Shown: positions 9,392 to 17,215 of the stretch, piece after piece
How the letters are laid out: each line of letters starts with the position of its first letter
Numbering within the stretch: the stretch's first letter is position 1
NCBI GenBank assembly: GCA_050256835.1
Contig: JBLMVT010000012.1
Coordinates: 1 to 29,159 of the forward strand
Reading direction: 5' to 3'
From: Betaproteobacteria bacterium
Lineage (GTDB): Bacteria > Pseudomonadota > Gammaproteobacteria > Burkholderiales > Burkholderiaceae_C
DNA length: 29,159 nucleotides
Translations under genes and position numbers: made by a program
Notes under the pieces: generated by a model
Seen by the model: only the letters and a program-made list of their open reading frames with translations
Databases searched by the model: none
Told to the model about the DNA's origin: nothing

Positions 9392-9455
9392 CACATCACC
9401 CCTCCGTGTCAGCGGGCCGGCCGCGCGGCGATTGTCGCCGCACGCAGCCGGACTT

Positions 9456-10478
9456 TCACTCGATGACTTCGTCCGCGCGCGATAGCAGCGTGTCGGGCAG
9501 TGCCAGGTCGAGCGCGCGCGCGGTGCGCAGGTTGACGACCAGCCTCAGGCGCGTCGGCCGCACGATCGGCAGGTCGCCGGCACGCGCCCCGCGCGAGAGC
9601 CGGTCGACGTAGGCCGCGACCTGCTGCCAGGCCTCGTCGAGCCCGACGCCGTAGGCCAGCAGGCCGCCGTCGCGCGCCTCTTCGGGCCATTCCCAGGCCG
9701 TCGGCAGGCGGTGCCGCACCGCCAGCGCGAGGAGCCGCCTGCGGTCGTGCAGGAACGCGGTCGACGCGCCGACCAGCACCGCCTGCACCTGCTCCGAGTC
9801 GAAGGTGTTGAAGACGCGCTCGTAGTCGCCGCGGCCCTCGACCTCGGCCACCGACAGCGCGACGCCCTGCGCCGCCGCCGCACGCTGCGCCCCGGCCACC
9901 TCGGGGCGCAGTGCCGGATCGGCGGGGACGATCAGGCCGAAGCGGGTCGCCTCAGGCAGGGCCTCGCGCAGCAGCGCGAGCCGGCGCGCGGCGAGCCCGG
10001 CACCGCTGCCGACCAGCACGCCGGTGAGGTTGGCGCCCGGCCGCTCGAGGCTCGACACCAGCCCCACCGCAATCGGATCGAAGTCGCCGACCATGACGAT
10101 CGGGATCGTCGTCGTGGCATCGCGCGCCGCCCGTGTCGCCGCGCTGCCGACCGCGACGATGACGTCGACGCGGTGCCGCACCAGCTCGCGCGCCAGCGCA
10201 GGGAGCCGCTCCTCGCGGCCGTCGGCGTGGCGGTTCTCGACGGCGAGGTTGCGCCCCGTGCGGTAGCCCAGCCGGCGCAGGCTGTGCAGCAGCAGCGCCG
10301 CCGAGCGATCGGCCGGCTCGAGCTCCGTCGGCCGCAGCACACCCAGGCGAAGCCGCCTCGCGAACGGCTGCGCACGCGCCGCCGGCGCGAGGAGCAGGCC
10401 GGCGATCCCGACCGCGAAGGCGCGACGCGAAGGAGCTGGGAACGGGCGACCGGCTTCGAGTGCGCGCGGCGGCGTCAT
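9456..10478 (-). CDS. ABC-type substrate-binding protein (same family), copy 3
   Basis: RLGVL, RHADGREERLPALARELV, IPIVM, DPIAVGLVSSLERPGANLTG, GGLLAY, ADEVIE. Tat-like SRRAF signal. The start is chosen at ATG 10478 (MTPPR) and is uncertain. Confidence 0.85.
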   Translation of the reverse strand: MTPPRALEAGRPFPAPSRRAFAVGIAGLLLAPAARAQPFARRLRLGVLRPTELEPADRSAALLLHSLRRLGYRTGRNLAVENRHADGREERLPALARELVRHRVDVIVAVGSAATRAARDATTTIPIVMVGDFDPIAVGLVSSLERPGANLTGVLVGSGAGLAARRLALLREALPEATRFGLIVPADPALRPEVAGAQRAAAAQGVALSVAEVEGRGDYERVFNTFDSEQVQAVLVGASTAFLHDRRRLLALAVRHRLPTAWEWPEEARDGGLLAYGVGLDEAWQQVAAYVDRLSRGARAGDLPIVRPTRLRLVVNLRTARALDLALPDTLLSRADEVIE

Positions 10479-10740
10479 TCGACGACTCTGCCCCCACGTG
10501 TCGGAACCGCCGGCGTCAGCGCCAGCCGGACGGTGGAACCGATCAGCGCCCTGCGGACGATCATGACTCACCCTGCTTCGCATTCGCCCCGAGCCGACGG
10601 ACGGGGCGCCACGTTACGCCGGCGCCGGACGGCGGTCAACGAAGCTGACTCCGGGCTGCGTTCGATTCGCGACCTGCCGCGAAGTGCCTAACATCGGCCC
10701 TTGTCGGCGTCATGCCCTCTCGCTCGCCCAGGAACACCCG

Positions 10741-11433
10741 GTGACCTTCGCAGACCTCATCACCAACGTGCAGGCGCTGATCGCGGCGGAGCTGTCCTCG
10801 CCGCTGGAGATCTTCGCCATCGTCGCGGGCTTCGTCGCCGGCGCGCTGATCGTCGTCAGCTCGTTCGTGCGCACCATGATCCCGCTGCGCTGGCTGGCGG
10901 TGGGCAGCAACGTCGGCTTCGTCCTCTACGGCGCGCTGCATCCATCGATGCCGATGCTGCTGCTGCATGCCATCCTGCTGCCGATCAACATCTTCCGCGC
11001 CCGCGAGATGGGGCGGCTGGCGCGCCGGGTGCGTGCCGCCGCGCGCGCGGCGGACCTGTCGGGCATCTGGCTCAAGCCGTACATGCGCAGCCGCCAATAT
11101 CGTGCCGGCACGGTCCTGTTCCGCAAGGGCGACCGCGCCGATCAGCTCTACTTCCTCGCGGAGGGCCGCATCGAGTTCGTCGAGATCGGCGCGATCATGG
11201 AGCCGGGCCGCATCTTCGGCGAGGTCGCGCTGTTCTCGCCCGAGCGCAAGCGCACGCTGACCGCGCGCTGCGTCGAGAAGTGCAAGGTGCTGTCGATCGA
11301 CGAGGCGAGCGTCGAGCAGCTGTACTTCCAGAACCCGGCGTTCGGCTTCAAGCTGATCGGGCTGGTCGCGGGGCGGCTGTCGGCCGACGTGCGCCGGCTG
11401 GAGGACCGGCTCGCCAACGCGACCTCGGCGTGA
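10741..11433 (+). CDS. Membrane protein with about three N-terminal TM helices and a C-terminal cyclic-nucleotide-binding (CAP/cNMP) domain, no HTH
   Basis: GTG start with AGGA 7 nt upstream. Hydrophobic segments LEIFAIVAGFVAGALIVVSSFV, WLAVGSNVGFVLYGAL and MLLLHAILLPINIF. cNMP motifs LFRKGD, LYFLAEGRI and FGEVALF...RT. Confidence 0.88.
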   Translation: MTFADLITNVQALIAAELSSPLEIFAIVAGFVAGALIVVSSFVRTMIPLRWLAVGSNVGFVLYGALHPSMPMLLLHAILLPINIFRAREMGRLARRVRAAARAADLSGIWLKPYMRSRQYRAGTVLFRKGDRADQLYFLAEGRIEFVEIGAIMEPGRIFGEVALFSPERKRTLTARCVEKCKVLSIDEASVEQLYFQNPAFGFKLIGLVAGRLSADVRRLEDRLANATSA

Positions 11434-11436
11434 GCG

Positions 11437-14400
11437 TCATTGCGGCGGCGACTCCAGCTGCCGCTGCTCGAACAGGTAATCCCCGCCGCCCTGATCGCCG
11501 GCCGCACCGAAGGCGCCGTACTGCGGACGCTGCGGCAGCGCACGGGCGACCGCGAATCGCACGCGCTCGAAGACGTTGCCTCCCGGCTGCCACTTGGACA
11601 GCTGACGCAGGTTGTTCATCAGGTTCCAGGCAAACGGCGAATGCCCGTCCTTGCCCTCGTCGGCCACCGGCTCGTTGCCGCCCGAGGACATCACCACCAC
11701 CGATCTGCGCGACAGCACCTGCTGCGGATCGATCGTGCCGGGGGTCGCGCGAATGCGCTGGCCGACCAGCGAGCCGGAGTAGCAGCTGTCGGAGATCAGC
11801 GCGACCTGCGACGCGTCGAACAGCTTTGTGAGGCGGCCGATGTCGGTGTTCGACAGCCAGGTCTGCGGCCGCTTCGCGTCGCTGTCCGAGAGCAGCCAAT
11901 AGCCCAGGCCGGTGGAATCGATCAGCTGGCCGTGTCCGGCGTAATAGACGACCACCGAATCCTGAGGATCGAGTGCGAGGGCCAGCTGGTTCAGGGCGGC
12001 CACCACCGTCTGCTTGGAGGGGTTCTCGAGCACGATCGACTCGTAGCCCAACTGGGACTCGAAGATGCGGCCGATGGCCTGCGCATCCCCCACGGCGTTC
12101 GACAGCTGCGGAATCTCGGCGTCGGTGTACCGGTTCACGCCGATCACCAGCGCCACCTTGCGCACGATCTGGGGCAGGTTCGCCACCTTGACCCGCGGCG
12201 TGGGCAGATGCAACAGGGCCGCGGGAAGTTCGGCCGCCGCCGGACGGGCCGCGGCCGCAGTGCTGGCCACTGCTGCCGGCGCGGGTGCCGGAGCAGGCGC
12301 CGGTGTCGGTGCAGCGGCCGTCGCGGCGGGCGGCTTTTCGGTCGGCTTGGCGCCACCCGGCGCAGTCAGCGACGGCGCGGCGAGCGTCTTGCCCGGCCTG
12401 GCTGCCTGCATCTCGCGCTTCATGTCGGCCGTGATCAGGCAGGTGCCGCTGGTCAGATCCTGCGGGCTCTGGCAGGCCGGGAGGTCGGCCAGCGTCGGGT
12501 CCTGCTCCAGCTCGTGGATCGAGTCGGAGAAGATGGCCTTCTTGTAGTTCGCGCGCGAGTCCAGCATGCCCTGCAGCGCGCTTGGCGACAGGTCGCTCAG
12601 GCGCACCGGTGCGAAAGCGCCTGCTCCGGTCGATGGCGGCGTGGTGGAGGACGGCGGGCTGGCCACCGGCATCAGGTTCACCAGGCCGGCCTGGGTCGGG
12701 TCGGCGACGGCCAGCGGTGGCGCGACCGCCTGCCGCGCGAGCAGCGGTGCCCCGGTGCTGACCGCGACCGAGTCCTGCGCGGGGCTGATCCCGCTGTAGT
12801 TCAGGGCCGTCGCATTGGCCGGGTCCTGCGCGAAGACGTAGTTGGTGGCGCCCAGCCCGCCACCGAGGATCGGGTAGGCGCCGGGCAGCGATTGCGCCGT
12901 CGCGGTGGTGGTGAAACTCGGGGCACCGGTGGTGGCGCCTTGCAGCGTCTCGCCGCCCACGAACCCGTAGACGGTGCCGGTCAAGGCAGGCAGGGGCGTT
13001 CCTGCGGGCCAGGTCACGGGCGTGGCCAGGTAGTACAGCGTGGCCGGGTCGATGTTCGCCGTCGTCGTGAAGGACGCAGGCAGCACGTAGTTGGCAGCGT
13101 CGGGGCCCGTCAGGCCCAGCCCGGTGATCGCCACCGTCTTGCCGGTGCCCACGTTCGGGTCGCTGAAGCTGGCCGTCGGGCTGCCCGAGACGGCTACCGA
13201 GTCGCTGCCCAGCGGCTTCACGCTCGCCGTGCCGCTGAGCGTGGCCAGCGAGGTTGCGTCGTAGACCTTGTTGTTGGCGCTGAGTCCGCTGACCGCCAAC
13301 GATGCCGGCGTGATGTCGGCGCTGAGACCCGACGCGACGGGGAGGTAGTTGCCCGCGTCGGCGCCAGTGAGACTCAGCGCGCTGATCGAGACGCTCTTGG
13401 CCGTGCCGACGTTCTTGTCCGAGAAGGTCCCCACCGGGGTTCCGGATACGGACACCGAATCGTTGCCCAGCGGCGTCACGCTTGCCGTGCCGCTCAGCGT
13501 GGCCGCCACGGTTGCGTCGTACACCTTGTTGTTGGCCACCAGCCCGCTGACCGCCAGCGACGCCGGCGTGATGTCGGCGCTGAGGCCGCTCGGCTGGAGC
13601 ACGCTGTAGTTGCCCGCATCGGTGCCGCTCAGTGTGAAGCCGCTGACGGTGACGCTCTTGGCGGTGCCCACGTTCTTGTCCGCGAAGCTTGCCGACGGTC
13701 TGCCCGCGACGGCCACCGAGTCGCTGCCGAGCGGCGTCACGCTCGCGATGCCGCTGAGCGTGGCCAGTGTCGTCGTGTCGTAGATCCTGTTGTTGGCACT
13801 GAGGCCGCTGACGGACAGGAACGCCGGCGTGATGGTGCCGGGCGCCGTCAACGTCGGCGCGACGCTGTAGTTGCTGGCCAAGCCTCCGTTGCTGCCGTTC
13901 GTCAGGCCGATGGCAACCGAAAGATCGTACGTGCCCACGTCCTTGACCGGAAACGCGGCGACGCTGGTGACCCCGAGCGTTTCCGAACCCACCAGTCCGC
14001 TCGTCACCGTCGCGACGGGGTGGGCTAGCGTGGTCGCGTCGTACACTTTGTCCAGGCCGGTCACGGCGACGGTCACCGGTGCCTGGGCGATGCTTCCGCG
14101 CAGCAGGTACTGTGGCAGGTAACCGTAGACCGGCTTCTGGTTGGCGTCGACGAACTGCAATGAAAGGCCGTTCAGCGTGACGTCGTTGTTGGTGCCCGCA
14201 TTGGGACTGGCGAAGTCCGCGCCGCTGAAGCTCAGCCCCACGGCCTGGTCCTGGTTCACCCCTGTGGCGGCAACGTTGGTGACCGTGGCCGTCGTCGTGG
14301 CGTCGTAGGTCTTCGTCTGCACGCTGCCGGTGATGGTGGCGAACTCGGGCGTCGAGAACGCCAGGCCGTTGCCGACGTCGCTGGCGATCGCCGTGTCGCC

Positions 14401-17130
14401 CGGCAGCGCGTTGTAGCGCTTGAAATCGAAGGCAAGCCCGCCCGTATTGAACGTCACGGGGTCGGTGGCGAACAGCAGCCAGCGGCTGTTTGGCGTCGAC
14501 AGCACCGCGGAGCCGACCTGGTTGTCGAAGGCCTGTATGGCGCCGGTACCCGCACCCTGCAGCACCAGCGCCGTCGTTCCGGCAAAGTTGCTGGTGATGC
14601 TGGTGCCGCTGCCGAGCACCAGAGCGTCGGCATGCACCGTGATCGGCCCGCCGGACGTGATCTGCGAATTGGTCAAGCTGAGCGTCTGCCCCCCGTACAG
14701 CGTGAAGGGCACGCCGTTCACGTCGGCCGGGTTCGCGCTGACGAACGCGTTGGACAATTGCGTACTCGTCGCGACGCCGCCGATGGTCAGCGTCGTGCCG
14801 CCCGAGACGTCGATGACGTTGGTGGTGTACCCCGGGCCGACGATGTTCACGGCCGCCGTGCCGGACGCAGCGGTGGTCCCGTCGATGTCCACCGAGCCAC
14901 CCGTCTTGTCGAAGACGAGGCTGAACGTCGTCTGCGAGCCGTCGAGCAGCACGCCCTCGTTCTGTTGGCCGGCGCCGAACAGGCGCAGCGAGGCGGGGGA
15001 GAACGAGTTGGTGAGGATCAGCTGGCTTTCCAGGCCGATGGCGATGCCCTGGGTGGTGCCCATGCCTCGCAGGTCCATCGTCTGATCGGCCTCCAGCGTC
15101 GCGAGGCTCGTGCCGATGCCGGGGCCCGTCGTGCCGAAGTCCGCCGTGTTGCCGTTGATCACGATATTCCTGGCCAGCAGGTTCGAGTTTGAGAGGGACA
15201 CGCCCGAGCCCGTACCCTGGTACCTGCTGCCGCCGTTGGCCGTGATCGTGCCGGCGAGTGCGGTGAGGTCCGCCGTACTGAAGTCGACGCCCGTCGGGTG
15301 GCTGGCGTCGTAGCCGGTCGCACCCTGGAACGTGCCGCCGCCCGCCCGGTTGTAGTTGGTGAAACCGCCGAAGGTGATGTCGCCGTTCTGCAGGGTGATC
15401 GTGGTGTTCGGCAGCTGGATCGCGCCCGACCCGCTGCGCCCCGCGAGGAAGGTCAGGGGCATCGACGCGCCCTGGAAGGTCAGCGTGCCGTTGACGGAGA
15501 TGGAACGGTCGGCGATGAAGGTCAGGCTGGCGCCGGTCCCGGCATTCACCGGCGGGCTGCCCAAGATGTTGATCGCGATGTCGCCGGCCTGCGTGCCTTC
15601 GCTGCCGGTCGCGCTGGTGGACACCGTGACCTGCGTGCCGGCTGCGAGGGCGCTGCTGATCGTGCTCCAGGTGATGACGGCGCTGTCGGCGTTGGCGGTG
15701 AACGAGGCGTCGGTGCCCTGGTTGATGGCAGCGGGATCATCGGTCACCGTGACGTCGTACGGGTCCAGCAGCCAGCTGCCGTTGTGCCCGTAGGGTGCAG
15801 AGATGTCGACGCGCACCGGCCGCGCGTCCAGCCAGCCGCCGGAGGTCTCGATGAAGCCGCCGTCGCCGCCCAGCGGTCCGCCGCGCGCGCTGAGGCTGCC
15901 GAAGGCGCGCGTCGCTTCGTCGCTCCACAGGATGATCCGGCCGCCGTCGCCGCTGGCCGTGGCGTCGGCCGTGATGCCGGCCTGCGGGCCGAAGTAGACG
16001 GCCTGGGCATTGGGCACGTTGGGGTCCTTGCCCTGCTCGCCGCCGCCGACCAGCACCTCGCCGCCGCCGCCGGCACCCGACACGTCCACCCGTGCGGCGT
16101 CGAGCAGGCCGACCTGCCGGCCCAGCAGCTGGATCTGCCCGCCTGCATCTTGCGATCCCGTGGCGCTGACCGTGCCGCGCACCATGGTCTGGTCGGCCTC
16201 CAGCGTGATCCTGCCGCCGCTGCCGCCGTTCGCCGTGGTCTGGCTGGCCGCGCCAAGGTTCAGCTGGTCGCGCGCGCGCAGCACCACTTCGCCGCCGGGG
16301 CCGCGCTCCAGCGCGTCGGCACGCATGATGCCGTCCTGGTTGACGGTGGCAGCATGGATGTCGATGCGCCCGCCCGCCGCCAACAGTTGCCCCAGGTTGA
16401 GGACGTTGCCTTCGCCGGCATTCACCTTGACGCCGACGTTCGGTGTTGCTGTGTCCAGCAGTTCGACGTCCGATCCGGCGGCGAGGACGATCTGGCCACC
16501 GGGGGCGGTGATGTCCCCTTCGTTGCGCACCGTGCCGCCGATCAGCGCGACGTGGCCGCCGAAGCTGCTGCGCAGATCGCCCTGGTTGACGACGTCCGCG
16601 GCCGGACCGCTGCCCTGCGTGAAGCGGTAGCGGCCGGCCAGCCAATCGGTGTCGTTCAGGTTCAGCGTCGACGTGACCAGGCTGGCCACGTCGATGCGTG
16701 CCCCCTGGCCGAACAGCACGCCGTTCGGGTTGAGGAGCCAGACGCGGCCGTTGCTGCTGAGGCCGCCGAGAATGGACGAGGGGTCCGTGCCGGTGACGCG
16801 GTTGAGCACCTGGCTGCTGGCGCTCGACTGCTCGAAGCGCACCGCGTTCTGCGCGCCGATCGAGAAGCTGTTCCAGTTCAGGATGGTGCCCGGGGAGTTG
16901 GTGATCGTGAGCGTGTTGCCGACCGTGCGCGCCGACGCCTGCCCGGCCACGGTGCTCATGCCCGACGGCAGGGTCTGCGCCTGCAACGTGGTGGCCCCGG
17001 GCCACAAGGTCAGCAGCGAGCCGGCGGCCAGCGCGTGCGCCAGACGACCGAGGCGCAGGGGCGGTCGTGCAGATCGCGACCGGTCGGCGGCAAGTGGGCG
17101 GGTGCTGGAACGTCCCTGGGGGTACTTCAT
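11437..17130 (-). CDS. Two-partner-secretion passenger (TpsA, HMW1/FHA-like), 1897 aa, with YDG-type repeats, an MBG-like domain and a C-terminal caspase-family (C14) domain
   Basis: Signal peptide, then TPS domain (ILNWNSFSIG, VLNRV, WLLNPNGVLFG), GG-rich beta-helix repeats and GSWLLDP. Five K/RxYD repeats follow, then a Pro/Ala linker. C14 motifs: KVALVIGVNRY, AVGDA, YYAGHG (His1733), ISDSCYSG (Cys1783), HSPFA. Confidence 0.9.
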   Translation of the reverse strand: MKYPQGRSSTRPLAADRSRSARPPLRLGRLAHALAAGSLLTLWPGATTLQAQTLPSGMSTVAGQASARTVGNTLTITNSPGTILNWNSFSIGAQNAVRFEQSSASSQVLNRVTGTDPSSILGGLSSNGRVWLLNPNGVLFGQGARIDVASLVTSTLNLNDTDWLAGRYRFTQGSGPAADVVNQGDLRSSFGGHVALIGGTVRNEGDITAPGGQIVLAAGSDVELLDTATPNVGVKVNAGEGNVLNLGQLLAAGGRIDIHAATVNQDGIMRADALERGPGGEVVLRARDQLNLGAASQTTANGGSGGRITLEADQTMVRGTVSATGSQDAGGQIQLLGRQVGLLDAARVDVSGAGGGGEVLVGGGEQGKDPNVPNAQAVYFGPQAGITADATASGDGGRIILWSDEATRAFGSLSARGGPLGGDGGFIETSGGWLDARPVRVDISAPYGHNGSWLLDPYDVTVTDDPAAINQGTDASFTANADSAVITWSTISSALAAGTQVTVSTSATGSEGTQAGDIAINILGSPPVNAGTGASLTFIADRSISVNGTLTFQGASMPLTFLAGRSGSGAIQLPNTTITLQNGDITFGGFTNYNRAGGGTFQGATGYDASHPTGVDFSTADLTALAGTITANGGSRYQGTGSGVSLSNSNLLARNIVINGNTADFGTTGPGIGTSLATLEADQTMDLRGMGTTQGIAIGLESQLILTNSFSPASLRLFGAGQQNEGVLLDGSQTTFSLVFDKTGGSVDIDGTTAASGTAAVNIVGPGYTTNVIDVSGGTTLTIGGVATSTQLSNAFVSANPADVNGVPFTLYGGQTLSLTNSQITSGGPITVHADALVLGSGTSITSNFAGTTALVLQGAGTGAIQAFDNQVGSAVLSTPNSRWLLFATDPVTFNTGGLAFDFKRYNALPGDTAIASDVGNGLAFSTPEFATITGSVQTKTYDATTTATVTNVAATGVNQDQAVGLSFSGADFASPNAGTNNDVTLNGLSLQFVDANQKPVYGYLPQYLLRGSIAQAPVTVAVTGLDKVYDATTLAHPVATVTSGLVGSETLGVTSVAAFPVKDVGTYDLSVAIGLTNGSNGGLASNYSVAPTLTAPGTITPAFLSVSGLSANNRIYDTTTLATLSGIASVTPLGSDSVAVAGRPSASFADKNVGTAKSVTVSGFTLSGTDAGNYSVLQPSGLSADITPASLAVSGLVANNKVYDATVAATLSGTASVTPLGNDSVSVSGTPVGTFSDKNVGTAKSVSISALSLTGADAGNYLPVASGLSADITPASLAVSGLSANNKVYDATSLATLSGTASVKPLGSDSVAVSGSPTASFSDPNVGTGKTVAITGLGLTGPDAANYVLPASFTTTANIDPATLYYLATPVTWPAGTPLPALTGTVYGFVGGETLQGATTGAPSFTTTATAQSLPGAYPILGGGLGATNYVFAQDPANATALNYSGISPAQDSVAVSTGAPLLARQAVAPPLAVADPTQAGLVNLMPVASPPSSTTPPSTGAGAFAPVRLSDLSPSALQGMLDSRANYKKAIFSDSIHELEQDPTLADLPACQSPQDLTSGTCLITADMKREMQAARPGKTLAAPSLTAPGGAKPTEKPPAATAAAPTPAPAPAPAPAAVASTAAAARPAAAELPAALLHLPTPRVKVANLPQIVRKVALVIGVNRYTDAEIPQLSNAVGDAQAIGRIFESQLGYESIVLENPSKQTVVAALNQLALALDPQDSVVVYYAGHGQLIDSTGLGYWLLSDSDAKRPQTWLSNTDIGRLTKLFDASQVALISDSCYSGSLVGQRIRATPGTIDPQQVLSRRSVVVMSSGGNEPVADEGKDGHSPFAWNLMNNLRQLSKWQPGGNVFERVRFAVARALPQRPQYGAFGAAGDQGGGDYLFEQRQLESPPQ
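13050..14320 (-). repeat. Five YDG-type repeats, period 258-264 bp
   Basis: The Tyr codon (forward GTA) of each YD motif falls at 13261, 13519, 13780, 14041 and 14305. Motifs are NNKVYDATS, NNKVYDATV, NNRIYDTTT, LDKVYDATT and QTKTYDATT. Each unit contains D(K/P)NVGT, KDVGT or PNAGT and an NY-like motif. Confidence 0.85.
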
Positions 17131-17215
17131 GGCCTGACACCTCTCGAAGAAGACGCAGTCGCTCGGTCGAGGCGTGCGGCGTCGACCGTCATGCGAGGGA
17201 GCCCGAGTTCTCGAC

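Noticed and set aside
10479-10740. CRP-type or ECF promoter motifs in the SBP/cNMP divergent region (GGAACC at 10503 and 10535)
   Set aside because: No matching second half-site or -10 element at a suitable spacing.
947-11433. Pycsar/CBASS-type antiphage system (cyclase plus TM/cNMP effector)
   Set aside because: The cyclase is fused to a receiver domain inside a two-component operon, and the candidate effector is about 9 kb away on the other strand, unlike compact two-gene defence operons.
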